A DNA stretch of 64,000 nucleotides from Spirochaetia bacterium (GCA_963666985.2 CAXXIA010000001.1:1152001-1216000), one strand, 5' to 3'; counted from the first letter of the stretch, positions 48,955-59,573 are shown. Numbers and translations: made by a program. The notes: a model not told the origin generated them from the sequence alone.

Positions 48955-50118
48955 TTACGATTCTCCCCGCGAAGATGAAGCGCCTGAAAAGCCTCCGGTG
49001 CTCGGAGAGGGAACATAAGAAGGAAGATCTGTTCCGCCGAAAAGCCTGGGCGATTCGGATTCTTCGCTCCCTTCCTTAGCGCTGTTCATGCCGATTGAGC
49101 CGTTTCCCGGAGTCCGGCGCGATGTCTCCGCCGCGCCGGAGGATGCTCCCGACGAAACCGGAGTTTCATCATTCTTTACGGCGCGCAGAACCGTTATCTC
49201 CACTTCTCTGGGAAGCAGCTGAAGCACCGCCAGCCCCGGAGGGATGTCCATCTTCAGCGGGAGAATATAGGTTCCCGGTCTCCGAATCTGTGATCCGTCC
49301 ACATAGAAGGTCATATCCTGCGGACGGACGCTTTCGACGGTCAGCTGACTGCCCTGCACCGTCAGACTGACACGCGGCAGATCTTCGGCGATGTGAAGGT
49401 CCTCGGCAAGATCGAAAACCACAACCTCCCTGTCCGCGATGGTCCGAATCACGACGGACTCGTCGACAATCCCTCTGAACTCCACGACTTCGCCGCCGGG
49501 GATGGTAATCTGAGAAGAAGGCTTGACGATACGCGTGGTAACGGTGAAATCGCCGCGGCGTCCGGAAAGATCGATGATTTCCGTCGTCAATTCATTCAAT
49601 TCGACCATCTGACTTTGCGGACCGATCGCCGTAACCGAGGAAGGGGAAACGAAATACTGAGTCAGTTCGTAGCCGAGGGCCGGGAATCCCGAGATTTCCG
49701 GTTTCACGACAAGACTTCTGACGGTGCGCCGTTCCTGGGAAAGGGTGATTTCCCTCGGCCGGGAACGGATTTCAAGCGCTTCGGGCTGCAGCGCCGTACC
49801 TTTTTTGCGGAATTCTATGGGAACTTGATATTCGCCCTCTTCAGGATACGGGGCCAGGTTCACATAGGCCTCCACGTCTTCGTTCAGAATGCCTCTGATG
49901 TCGTCCTCTTCACCGCGGAGAATGATATTCACATTTCCGGGATGATCCGAACTCACCACAAATCCTTCGGAAGTAACCACTTCCAGAGGGACGGTAATCT
50001 GTTTTTCGGTCAGGGTATTAATGCGAAACAGAATGTAGAGAACGACGGCTAAGGCGATGCAGAGAATTTTCACCGGCCAGCGGTCGAGTACGGATTGAAG
50101 GAATGAAGATGAAATCAT
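48955..50118 (-). CDS. cdaR: CdaR/YbbR-like regulator
   Basis: N-terminal TM (WPVKILCIALAVVLY), repeated beta domains, directly downstream of cdaA. Confidence 0.8.
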   Translation of the reverse strand: MISSSFLQSVLDRWPVKILCIALAVVLYILFRINTLTEKQITVPLEVVTSEGFVVSSDHPGNVNIILRGEEDDIRGILNEDVEAYVNLAPYPEEGEYQVPIEFRKKGTALQPEALEIRSRPREITLSQERRTVRSLVVKPEISGFPALGYELTQYFVSPSSVTAIGPQSQMVELNELTTEIIDLSGRRGDFTVTTRIVKPSSQITIPGGEVVEFRGIVDESVVIRTIADREVVVFDLAEDLHIAEDLPRVSLTVQGSQLTVESVRPQDMTFYVDGSQIRRPGTYILPLKMDIPPGLAVLQLLPREVEITVLRAVKNDETPVSSGASSGAAETSRRTPGNGSIGMNSAKEGSEESESPRLFGGTDLPSYVPSPSTGGFSGASSSRGES

Positions 50119-50909
50119 ACGCCGGCCCTTTGTTCGGGTTCGGAAACGCTGAATCCGAGCAATTCGTGCAGACGGCGCCTCACTTCGTCTTCTTCAAGAT
50201 CGTAAAAAAGATTCCCTTCATAGGCCAGTGAAAGTGCGCCTGTTTCTTCGGAAACGGCCAGAACCACCGCGTCGGTCTCTTCAACCATTCCCAGTGCCGC
50301 CCTGTGGCGGGTTCCGAAACTTCGGTGAATATCCGGCTGATTGGAGAGCGGCAGGAAGCATCCGGCGGCGATGAGCCGGCCGTCTATCACGACGATGGCG
50401 CCGTCGTGCAGAGGACCGTCATGTCCGAAGATGGTAATAACCAAAGCCGATGAAAGATCGGCATCCAGACGTGTTCCCGTATCAATAATATTTTTAAGGC
50501 CCACCTTCCGGCCGAAAACGACCAAGGCTCCGCGCTTCCGTCCGGCCAGAACCTCGGCGGCGTTCAGAACGGTGTCGACTTGGAACGGCTTTTGTCCTTT
50601 TTTTCCTCTGAAGAGCTCCCGCTGTCCGATTCGAGCCACGATGTTGCGCAGTTCAGGCTGAAAAACAATGGCCACGCCGATAAAAAGCCCCGGCGCGATC
50701 ATCTGCAGAATCCAAAGCAGCGTGGATAATTGAAAGAACCAGGCCGTGGCGTAAACCAAGGCCAGAACCAAGGCTCCGCGAAGAAGCTGAATGGCGCGCG
50801 TCTCTTCAAGAATCTCATAAAGCTTAAAGAGAAGGTACGCGAGCAAAGCGATGTCGACGGCGGGAAGAAGAAAATCGCTGATAAAGGGAATATCGCTTAG
50901 GAAGCCCAT
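50115..50909 (-). CDS. cdaA: Diadenylate cyclase CdaA
   Basis: Three TM segments, FQPELR, PLHDGA, GTRHRAALG, VSEETG. Confidence 0.95.
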   Translation of the reverse strand: MGFLSDIPFISDFLLPAVDIALLAYLLFKLYEILEETRAIQLLRGALVLALVYATAWFFQLSTLLWILQMIAPGLFIGVAIVFQPELRNIVARIGQRELFRGKKGQKPFQVDTVLNAAEVLAGRKRGALVVFGRKVGLKNIIDTGTRLDADLSSALVITIFGHDGPLHDGAIVVIDGRLIAAGCFLPLSNQPDIHRSFGTRHRAALGMVEETDAVVLAVSEETGALSLAYEGNLFYDLEEDEVRRRLHELLGFSVSEPEQRAGV

Positions 50910-51772
50910 GAAAGAACCTCCCAAAGCGCGATGAGCTGACGCGTATCACGAACATCATGAACTCTCAAGATGTCCACACCCTGCTCCAGACACCAGGCAT
51001 GTGCGGCAACGGTGAGAATACGGCGGTCTTCGGGAGACGATTTGAGCGGCCCCTCCGAGGGGGATCGGGGTTCGCCGTAAGAGTCGAGGGCTCTGCGGTC
51101 CTCTTCTTCGGCAATCAGACCGAGGAACGTTTTCCGGCTCAATCCCGCAAGAACTTCAAATCCTTCCGCGCGGAGAACCCCAAGGTGTTTGAGAAGGGAG
51201 GCATTATCCTCGGGCCTTTTTCCGAATCCGATACCCGGATCAAGAATAATGTTCTTTTCCGCGATGCCCGCCTTAACGGCCGCATCCGCACGGCGCAGAA
51301 GATAGTCGCGGACTTCCGCAACCACATCTTCATACAAGGGAGAGTTCTGCATCGTCTTCGGCATCCCCTTCATATGCATCAGGACGACCGGAACCTTCCG
51401 CTCCGCGGCCAAAGCGGCCATGGAATCATCGGATGTTAATGCCGAAACGTCGTTGATGATATTCGCTCCGGCGTTCAGCGCGGCCTCGGCGACGGCGGCG
51501 CTCTGCGTATCGATGGAGATGGGAATGCCGGAACGGGAGCGAATTTCCCTGATAACCGGAGCGACGCGGGCAATCTGTTCTTCCGAATCCACCCCGCCCG
51601 ATCCGGGTCTGGTGGATTCTCCGCCGACGTCGATGATATCGGCTCCCTCGCGGATCATCCGCAGCGCCGCGTTCAGGGCCTCACCCGTATCGGGCCGTCG
51701 GCTTCCGGCGAAAAAAGAGTCGGGAGTACAATTGAGGATGCCCATTACCCGGGGCGCTCGGAAGTCGCTCAT
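50897..51772 (-). CDS. folP: Dihydropteroate synthase
   Basis: MGILNCTPDSF, DVGGESTRPG, DPGIGFGK, SRK, RVHDV. Confidence 0.96.
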   Translation of the reverse strand: MSDFRAPRVMGILNCTPDSFFAGSRRPDTGEALNAALRMIREGADIIDVGGESTRPGSGGVDSEEQIARVAPVIREIRSRSGIPISIDTQSAAVAEAALNAGANIINDVSALTSDDSMAALAAERKVPVVLMHMKGMPKTMQNSPLYEDVVAEVRDYLLRRADAAVKAGIAEKNIILDPGIGFGKRPEDNASLLKHLGVLRAEGFEVLAGLSRKTFLGLIAEEEDRRALDSYGEPRSPSEGPLKSSPEDRRILTVAAHAWCLEQGVDILRVHDVRDTRQLIALWEVLSWAS

Positions 51773-52005
51773 ACGGACTATAGTATAGCGGTTCACGGGC
51801 GCCGGGGAACCGCTCTTTTTCATCGGAATCAGAAAAAGCAAAAGCGCCGAAGAGCTTATGGCATCAGTTGTTTTTTCAGGATGGAAACTTTTTTGCCATC
51901 GAGGAACGTATGCTTTCCATTCTTTAATCTTTTTTTACAAAAAATTTCTTTTTGTCCGCATCGGATACCCTTATGATGGAAAGGTCAATCCATAAGGGGG
52001 ATATC

Positions 52006-53898
52006 ATGGAAGCCACCATACCAAAGCTTCTGAGAAAAATCGCCGCCGATCATCCGGCTCTGCCCGCGCAGATGCATAAAGATGAGAAGGGCGTATTTCA
52101 AACAACCACGTTCAGAGAACTCTACGACCAGGTAAGGCAATTCGCCGCCGGTCTGCGCGAATTGGGCGTTCTCCGTGAAGAAAATGTCGGACTCATTTCC
52201 GACAACAGGCAGGAATGGTTCGTTACGGATCTCGCCCTTCTCAGTTTGGGCGCCGCCGATGTTCCGCGGGGCTGCGATTCCAATGCCGAAGAGATCGCCT
52301 ACATCCTCTCCTTTTCCCAGTGCCGTCTTGCGGTTCTGGAAAACGTTCGGCAGTTTGAAAAAGTCATTGCCAAGGAAAAAGAACTTCCCGATCTGAAAAA
52401 AGTCATCATCATCGATTCGAATACCAAAGACGCCGGCGCCCCCTCCGGCCGTTTTGAGATTCACGCCTACAAGGACATTTTGGAGTTGGGGAAAAAGGCC
52501 GATTGGGCATCCGTCGAATCGGAAATCGACCGGGGCGAGGGAGATGATGTGGCAACCCTCATTTACACCTCGGGAACCACGGGCGAGCCGAAAGGCGTTA
52601 TGCTGACCCATACGAATTTTCTGCACCAGGTGAAAGGGGTGCCCTCCCTTCTCGATGTCGGCCCCGGCGACCGCTGGCTCAGCGTTCTGCCTGTTTGGCA
52701 TTCCTTTGAACGAATCATGCAGTACGTCGCTTTGGGCACGGTCAGCGCCCTTTGCTATTCGAAACCCGTCGGGTCCATTCTCCTGGAAGACATGCTGAAA
52801 GTCCGGCCGACATGGATGGCCTCGGTTCCGAGAATCTGGGAATCGGTTCGCGACGGCGTCTATCGAAACGTTAATCAGGCAGGCGGTGTGAAAAAAGCTT
52901 TGTTTCTCTTTTTTGTCGCCGTCGGAAGCGCCTGGAAAACCTGTTCCAACATGGTAAAAGGACTGATGCCCCGCTATCATCGGCGCATCAGAGCCCTGGA
53001 TATTCTTCTGGGGATTCTTCCCTACATTCTTCTCTGGCCCTTAAAGGCCTTGGGTTCCGTCCTGGTCTTTAAAACCATCAAGGCGAAACTCGGCGGAAAA
53101 TTCGTCGCCGGGATTTCCGGAGGAGGCGGACTCCCCGCTCATGTGGATGCCTTTTTCCAGGCCGCGGGCATTCTTCTGCTCGAAGGATACGGCCTGACCG
53201 AAAGCGCGCCCGTTCTCTCCTTAAGACCGCAAAAACATCCTGTTCCCGGAACCATCGGGCCCGCGTTTCCCGGTACGGAATTGAAAATCATCGGTGAGAA
53301 CGGCGAAGAACTCGGACCGAATCAAATAGGCGTTCTGCATGCCAAGGGACCTCAAATCATGAAGGGGTATTACCGGAAGCCCGAACTTACGAAGCAAGTC
53401 ATCGACAAAGACGGCTTCCTTGATACCGGCGATTTATCCATTAAAACGCATGACGGTGAGTACGCCATCGTCGGCCGGGCCAAGGATACCATCGTGCTTT
53501 TGGGGGGTGAAAACGTCGAACCGGCTCCCATCGAGGAAAAGCTCAAACTCTCCCCCTACATCGCTTCCGGCGTGGTTATCGGACAAGATCGGAAATTCCT
53601 CGGCGCCCTGATCCTTGTGGATGAGAGCAATGTGAAGCTCTGGGCGGAGGAGAACAATGTGCCCTATACCGACGATGCCGGTCTTTTTACCGGCCCGGAG
53701 GTTCATGAACTGCTTTCCGAAGAAATCGCAGGAATCATCTCGGCGAAAAACGGGTTCAAGCTTTTTGAGAAAATCGTAAAATTCACGGTTCTTCCGGAAC
53801 AGTTCGAAATCGGCCGCGAACTCTCGGCAAAACAGGAAATTAAGAGGCACGTTATCAATGAAATTTATTCCAAGGAGATAAAAAAAATCTATTCATAA
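52006..53898 (+). CDS. Long-chain fatty acid--CoA ligase
   Basis: IYTSGTTGEPKGVMLTH, EGYGLTE, DTGD, GRAKDTIVLLGGENVEP. Confidence 0.92.
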   Translation: MEATIPKLLRKIAADHPALPAQMHKDEKGVFQTTTFRELYDQVRQFAAGLRELGVLREENVGLISDNRQEWFVTDLALLSLGAADVPRGCDSNAEEIAYILSFSQCRLAVLENVRQFEKVIAKEKELPDLKKVIIIDSNTKDAGAPSGRFEIHAYKDILELGKKADWASVESEIDRGEGDDVATLIYTSGTTGEPKGVMLTHTNFLHQVKGVPSLLDVGPGDRWLSVLPVWHSFERIMQYVALGTVSALCYSKPVGSILLEDMLKVRPTWMASVPRIWESVRDGVYRNVNQAGGVKKALFLFFVAVGSAWKTCSNMVKGLMPRYHRRIRALDILLGILPYILLWPLKALGSVLVFKTIKAKLGGKFVAGISGGGGLPAHVDAFFQAAGILLLEGYGLTESAPVLSLRPQKHPVPGTIGPAFPGTELKIIGENGEELGPNQIGVLHAKGPQIMKGYYRKPELTKQVIDKDGFLDTGDLSIKTHDGEYAIVGRAKDTIVLLGGENVEPAPIEEKLKLSPYIASGVVIGQDRKFLGALILVDESNVKLWAEENNVPYTDDAGLFTGPEVHELLSEEIAGIISAKNGFKLFEKIVKFTVLPEQFEIGRELSAKQEIKRHVINEIYSKEIKKIYS

Positions 53899-53990
53899 AG
53901 TAAAAAACACGTTTGTACGAATTGAAGAGTGCCTCTTCAGCTTTGGATTAAGAAATGAATAGGCTATAATCATTGCCGGGTACTTATCGA

Positions 53991-54341
53991 ATGGACACAC
54001 TCACTTGGGAGAAAATAGGTACTGCCGTGCTGTTTCGATTCCACGGCAGCATCATCTCCGACAACACAGGGAACCTCCGAGGCCGAATCCTGGAAGTTCT
54101 TCGGAACGAAAAGGCCGAAACGGCGATATTTCACCTTGGCGATGCCGATTATATCGACAGTATGGGTATTGGAATGTTTGTCCATTTTCACGTCCAGCAC
54201 CATGAACGTATTCGTTTTCTGCTCTGTGAAATGTCGCCGGGCGTCAAACAGGCGTTCGGATACGTCAAACTTCTCTCTTTCTTCGAAATTCGCGATACGC
54301 TGAACGACGTTTTGGAGGAATTGAATCTTGCTGACCTCTGA
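53991..54341 (+). CDS. STAS-domain anti-sigma factor antagonist
   Basis: 116 aa with YIDSMGIG motif. Confidence 0.85.
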   Translation: MDTLTWEKIGTAVLFRFHGSIISDNTGNLRGRILEVLRNEKAETAIFHLGDADYIDSMGIGMFVHFHVQHHERIRFLLCEMSPGVKQAFGYVKLLSFFEIRDTLNDVLEELNLADL

Positions 54342-55491
54342 AGCCAACATCGAACTTCCCTGTAAAATATTCCTGAGCCCCGAGGGAAACGACTACTGCG
54401 CCCGGCGGGACATTCCGCTTCAAGAATTAATAAATCTGGACGGCATCAAGGGGCTCGGCTTCAACCGGCACAGCGTTGTCGCACCGCTGGTCCAGCAGCT
54501 CACGGCAAACAATCTGATTACGCGAATCGAATCCGAAGACGTGGAGTTTATTTCCAAACGCAAAGCCGTCATCGATACAACGAAACTTATCGTCTACGGC
54601 ATTCTCTATAGGCGTTTTCGTCCCACGCTCAACGCCATTCTTCTGGACTCCGAAGTCGTCCGTTATCTTCGCTCGAAAGGGATGATTCCCCTCGAAGGAA
54701 AAAAACTTAAATTCGATCCGAAAACAGTGGCGAGTTTCGTCGAAGAAAACGGCAAGGCCATACGGTCCATGAAGGCCTCGCTTCTGTTCAATCCCCACAA
54801 GATGATCGACGAGCATCCGAAAATGGATTCCGAACAGAAAGAACGGAAAAAACAAATTACGCGAAAATTCATCGACACTATCGAAGACGATACTTGGTTC
54901 CTGTTCAACTATGTCCGCCGCTCATCGGATAAAGTCGAAATCGTTCAAAGACTGGATAAAACGGTCACATCCTTCATGAATAAAACCAATATCGCGGATG
55001 CCATCGCCTTCATGCTGGTGGAACTGGTTCAAAACGCGGAAACCGAGCATTTCAAATATCTTGCCTCAAAAGACAATCTGGCCCGTGTTAAGGGAGAAGG
55101 CATCTATGAAATGCTCCGCGATGAAACCTTCAGAAAAAAAATGAAGGAACGGGCCAAGGCATCGAACGCCCTTATCCATCTGGTCTTTCATTTCGACAAT
55201 CTCCAGTACACGGACAACTCTAAAAGAACTCGGATTCAGGTCAGCGTTACGAATAAGGGCCGGATGGAAATCTCGGGCCATTCGATGCACGGCGAAGGAA
55301 GGCGTTCTAAAAAAATCTCTCTGGTGGACCACCTTCAAACCGATTTGGAATCGGCGGGGAACCCCATGGGCATGGTGTATTATGAATATCTGGAAGAAGC
55401 CTGCCGCGCGGAGAATGTAACTCTGGAGTCCAGTTTCACCACGGATGAATCCCGCAACGAAACCACCGCGCTGATGACCGTGACGATTTAA
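54328..55491 (+). CDS. Hypothetical protein with C-terminal HATPase/anti-sigma-like traces
   Basis: LVELVQNAE N-box-like motif; overlaps the STAS gene end. Confidence 0.65.
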   Translation: MLTSEANIELPCKIFLSPEGNDYCARRDIPLQELINLDGIKGLGFNRHSVVAPLVQQLTANNLITRIESEDVEFISKRKAVIDTTKLIVYGILYRRFRPTLNAILLDSEVVRYLRSKGMIPLEGKKLKFDPKTVASFVEENGKAIRSMKASLLFNPHKMIDEHPKMDSEQKERKKQITRKFIDTIEDDTWFLFNYVRRSSDKVEIVQRLDKTVTSFMNKTNIADAIAFMLVELVQNAETEHFKYLASKDNLARVKGEGIYEMLRDETFRKKMKERAKASNALIHLVFHFDNLQYTDNSKRTRIQVSVTNKGRMEISGHSMHGEGRRSKKISLVDHLQTDLESAGNPMGMVYYEYLEEACRAENVTLESSFTTDESRNETTALMTVTI

Positions 55492-55500
55492 AAACTTTCA

Positions 55501-55607
55501 AGGTGATTTCAAAAAGCGTTGATTTTTGAAACAAAGCCCTTCTAAAAACAATTCAGAAGAATTTCGGCCATCGAATATAAGCAATTTCGTGAATGATAAA
55601 TTGCCTC
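55501..55607 (-). repeat. ~107-bp MITE-like dispersed repeat, copy 2
   Basis: Reverse complement aligns with 21538-21645, including both palindromes. Confidence 0.75.
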
Positions 55608-55666
55608 TTTCGATTAAAATTTCATTCCATGAGAATCGATTCATCCCACAATCAAACAGTGCCTAA

Positions 55667-56806
55667 TTAAGAATCAGGGAAATACCGTATCATGATTCTG
55701 TAAATATCCGTATTCTCCAGAACCAGCGAGAATGTTTCCGCATCAACGCCCCGCGCATAGAGATTCACATCGCGTGAAGTGTGACCTTTTGTAAACCAGC
55801 CGACAAACGGAATTTCTCCCGAATCACATCCCGTAAGAACGTGAGCTCCTCCGGTTTCATGGTCCGCGGTTACAACGATGAGCGTGTCGGTCTTATCTTC
55901 GGCCCACGCCAGAATCGAGACAACGGCTTTATCCAGCTCCGCGATTTCCTTCACAAGAAGATCTTCGTTGTTGAGATGACTCGCCTCATCGGTAAGTTCA
56001 TTCTCCACCAGAAGGAGAAATCCGTCGGTGTTTTCTTCAAGCCGATCCAGCGCTTTCTCGGCCATTTCCGCCAAAGTCGGCAAATCACCGCGATGTTCGA
56101 TGTAAGGCATCATATCGTTACCGAAACGGCCGTAAACAGGCTCATTCGAGTCGGAAGAAAGGGCGAACATCCCGGCGGCCGTTCCCACCACCGTATATCC
56201 CGAAGCCTCCGCATACGAAATGCCCGGAGCCGCTCCTCCGCCGAAGAGAACTTCCGGCATAAATTCAAGGATCCGGGAGGCGATCACTTCGTATTCGTAT
56301 CGATCATCGTGGTGAGAGACAAACGCCGCCGGTGTCGCGCTGCAGACATTGTCCGTCGTTACCAGTCCGACCGATTTCCCGGCCGTTCTGGCAGCCTCGG
56401 CCAAAGTCTTAAGAGAATCTCCGCTTCCGGGGATTTCCAGGGATAGGATTCTATTGGCCACCTTATGTCCCGTGGCCATAGCCGTGGCGGAAGCGGCCGA
56501 ATCGGTCGTCTTGCCCCAGGCATTCCGGGTTCCCATTTTCGCGAAGACAGGGAAATCGGATGTGTTTTCAAAGGAAAGCGACCCTTCTTTCCCATTCACA
56601 TAATATCCGCCGGCACGGATTTGTTCCGGTCCCATACCGTCGCCGATAACAAGAATGATGTTCTTCGGAGCTTCACCGGTTAAAGCGGGGATGTCATTGA
56701 GCGTGTACCGTTCAAGAACCGAATCGGCATCGCATCCGGCCGTTATGAAAAAAGCCGAAAAAGAAAGAGAAAGAAAAACGGCGTTAAGTCGGCGCCGATT
56801 CGCCAT
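55667..56806 (-). CDS. Alkaline phosphatase (lipoprotein)
   Basis: IGDGMG, TDSAASATAMATG, ATPAAF, VTADHETGG, HTS; lipobox TAGC. Confidence 0.92.
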   Translation of the reverse strand: MANRRRLNAVFLSLSFSAFFITAGCDADSVLERYTLNDIPALTGEAPKNIILVIGDGMGPEQIRAGGYYVNGKEGSLSFENTSDFPVFAKMGTRNAWGKTTDSAASATAMATGHKVANRILSLEIPGSGDSLKTLAEAARTAGKSVGLVTTDNVCSATPAAFVSHHDDRYEYEVIASRILEFMPEVLFGGGAAPGISYAEASGYTVVGTAAGMFALSSDSNEPVYGRFGNDMMPYIEHRGDLPTLAEMAEKALDRLEENTDGFLLLVENELTDEASHLNNEDLLVKEIAELDKAVVSILAWAEDKTDTLIVVTADHETGGAHVLTGCDSGEIPFVGWFTKGHTSRDVNLYARGVDAETFSLVLENTDIYRIMIRYFPDS

Positions 56807-56833
56807 ACTTCCATTGTAATCCCCGAACCCGCT

Positions 56834-57088
56834 TTATTCCCCCTCTCCGTCTCCCTCTTCCTTTGTCCACGAAGGGTTTATCCGGAATATCCATAACGAA
56901 ATACGTTCCGTCTTTCTTGAAGCTGCCGTATTTCATCTTCCATCCGCTGAATGTCGAATTGGGAAATACGTCTGATGGGGATTTTCAGCAGCCGCTCCAC
57001 ATCTTCATCGGTGACATCGCGGGTGATTTCTTCTTTAAAAGGATCGAAGCCTTTATGAACCGCTCTGAAGATGCCTTCGACCGTCTTG
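56834..57088 (-). pseudogene. Decayed duplicate of parC 3' region
   Basis: 56863-56918 matches 60754-60809 (2 mismatches) and 56918-57088 matches 61072-61242 (1 mismatch). Confidence 0.9.
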
Positions 57089-57394
57089 GCTTTTTCCGCC
57101 CGCCTTCCCCTTCCGCGGGGGAGCGCGCTTTACGCTGCAAGTCCTCGTCCGGCATGAATGCCCCGCCTCACGGGCTTAAGTCCCTTCGCCCTTCGCCGGG
57201 GCGCCGTTCAGCGCTCTTTCCGCTCCAATCGCTCTCGCGGAGTACCGTTAAGAAAAAGACAGCCGCCCGAATCGAGCGGCTGTTTCTATTTTCAGAACCT
57301 TAATCCCGTATAAAAAAGCGTTTAATGCGCGTACACATGGCAACATCGTTATCCGAGTCAAAACACAATCCGCATATCCCGTAGGAAGAAGCCG

Positions 57395-57525
57395 ATAGGA
57401 GGTTCCATCCGATGAGAATATCTGAACTTTGTAATGACCGGAATCAAGAACATAGAGAAGGCTTCCATCGGGACTTTCGGTAACATCCAAGAGGCATTAA
57501 ATTGCCCCTCTTCGGAACCGGAAAG
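57395..57525 (-). pseudogene. NHL-repeat gene fragment
   Basis: GSEEGQFNA / DVTESPDGSLLYVLDSGHYKVQIFSSDG across a one-base frameshift. Confidence 0.6.
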
Positions 57526-57656
57526 TGATTTTTCCGATTTTAAGAATTAAGATGCTGCAAAAAAATTAAAATACGAAAAACATGGTTCTCCTGCCTATAA
57601 TTTTTCCCTACAATTCGTTTCCAGACATACAAAAATCAGAAGGTACGAACGAGCAC

Positions 57657-59573
57657 ATGAATACACCCGACATCATTACCGTAAATATACTTTACAGAGA
57701 TTTTCATACCGAAGAAAACTGGACTTTTTTGGAAAACGATCTGAGTCTGATAATAGGTTTCCTATCCCCCGATCTGGATTTCAGAACTCTCTCGCATGAG
57801 CTATCGGAAAGATGCGGAGGCACACCTCTTATCCTCTCATCCACAGCTGGTGAGCTCTGCAACAACTCGTTTGGAAAGAAACTCCCTCTCTATCATTCAT
57901 CACAGGAGAACAGAGGCAATATTGTATTGATGTGCTTCTCCTCATCAGTCATTTCAGAGGTTGATATTCATACAATTGATTTATCAGAACCCGACATGAA
58001 CCCGGCAAAGCGGGTTGAAAAAATTGAAGAAGAACTCGATAACTTTCACCCATCGTTTCCGCTTCGCTCCGAAAACTGTGTTGCCTACACGATTATAGAC
58101 GGCCTTTCACGGGGTGAAAGTTTCTTTATGGAAGCCGCCTACAACTCAGGCAAACTGCCATGTCTGATCATCGGCGGATCTGCGGGAGGAAAGCTCGATT
58201 TCAGGAATACCTGGATATACAACAATCAGGAAACAGTTCAAAACAAAGCTGTAATCACCTTGATTCGCTTGAGAGATGATATCAAGCTGGGAGTTTTTAA
58301 ATCCCAGAATTTCAAAATGACGGATTACTCCATTACTGTAGCTCAAGCCAATCCGGCAATGCGAACAATCAAATCCGTTTTTCTTAACGATACAGGTGAA
58401 ATTTATGATGTCATATCCGAATTGTGCCGCCACTTCCAATGTTCAGAAAAAGATTTGGAGAAAAAACTAACCAATTACAGCTTCGCTCTGACAATAGACA
58501 ACGATATCTACGTCAGATCAATATCAGGAATTGACTACGAATCCCGTGAAATCAGTTTTTACTGTGACCTTGATTTCGGAGATGAGTTATTTATCGTTGA
58601 AAATACTGATTTTATATCATCAGTTGAAAGGGATTATGAACAATTTAAAAATCGGAAAGGCGGGAAACTCCTGGGGGGGTTGTTCAACGACTGCATATTA
58701 AGAAGGCTGTTCAATCAAGACCATCTTGCCGGAGTAAAGTGCTTCAATGATATACCCGTGGCGGGTTTTTCAACTTTTGGTGAATTGCTTGGGGTGAATA
58801 TCAATCAGACACTCACAGCCCTGATGTTTTATCGCGTTACACCGGATACTGAGTTTCACGACGAATACCTGGACAACTACATTCAGAAATACTCCGCTTT
58901 CAAGGAGTTTTTTCTGAAAAGGAAATTGAACCAGATGAATCAAATGATGAAAATGAAAGACCGTGTCTGGAACGGCAGCATGAAAAGCATTGAATTGCTT
59001 TCGGGTGTTATAGAAACTTCATCCCTGAAAGCCGCTGAAAACGAAAAACTTCTATCATCAATCAACAACAACTTCACGGATCTGATTCACAATATTGATG
59101 AATCAGGTCAAAAAGGGCATATGATAGAAGAAGAACTTCTTGAGTTCGGCATCAATACGGAAAGGATTGAAGAGATTCTTCTTGATATTGTTGACATAGC
59201 CGGGCAGATCAACATTCTGGGATTCAATGCTTCCATTGAAGCTGCCCGTGCAGGATTGGCCGGTAAAGGATTTGCGATAATTGCCCGTGAGGTTAAAACA
59301 CTTTCCGATAAAACCGATACCAGTGCAAATGACAGCAAAAATTCTTTAAAAGGTCTTATGGAAAGTCTGGACCTTCTGCGAGGCCGGAGCGATAACATCA
59401 TAAAGTCACAAAACGAAGCAAAAGAACAAAGTCTTTCCCTCAAGGAGGATATTTATCTCCTGGCTGAAAATTCCAGAGCCATTGAAAGAAGTATCTCCGA
59501 CAATGTATCTGAGATTCAGCAGCTTAGGAAAAATCTCAATCAGATGAAAGATGTGATTGAATTGCTGCTGTAG
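57657..59573 (+). CDS. Soluble chemoreceptor: FIST domain plus MCP signalling domain
   Basis: SSTAGEL, IIGGSAGG, NDCILRR, AGFSTFGE (FIST); QINILGFNASIEAARAGLAGKGFAIIAREVK (MCP); no TM segment. Confidence 0.9.
   Translation: MNTPDIITVNILYRDFHTEENWTFLENDLSLIIGFLSPDLDFRTLSHELSERCGGTPLILSSTAGELCNNSFGKKLPLYHSSQENRGNIVLMCFSSSVISEVDIHTIDLSEPDMNPAKRVEKIEEELDNFHPSFPLRSENCVAYTIIDGLSRGESFFMEAAYNSGKLPCLIIGGSAGGKLDFRNTWIYNNQETVQNKAVITLIRLRDDIKLGVFKSQNFKMTDYSITVAQANPAMRTIKSVFLNDTGEIYDVISELCRHFQCSEKDLEKKLTNYSFALTIDNDIYVRSISGIDYESREISFYCDLDFGDELFIVENTDFISSVERDYEQFKNRKGGKLLGGLFNDCILRRLFNQDHLAGVKCFNDIPVAGFSTFGELLGVNINQTLTALMFYRVTPDTEFHDEYLDNYIQKYSAFKEFFLKRKLNQMNQMMKMKDRVWNGSMKSIELLSGVIETSSLKAAENEKLLSSINNNFTDLIHNIDESGQKGHMIEEELLEFGINTERIEEILLDIVDIAGQINILGFNASIEAARAGLAGKGFAIIAREVKTLSDKTDTSANDSKNSLKGLMESLDLLRGRSDNIIKSQNEAKEQSLSLKEDIYLLAENSRAIERSISDNVSEIQQLRKNLNQMKDVIELLL

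Noticed and set aside
56863..57303. 146-aa + strand ORF
   Set aside because: Antisense reading of the parC remnant running into a repeat-like patch.
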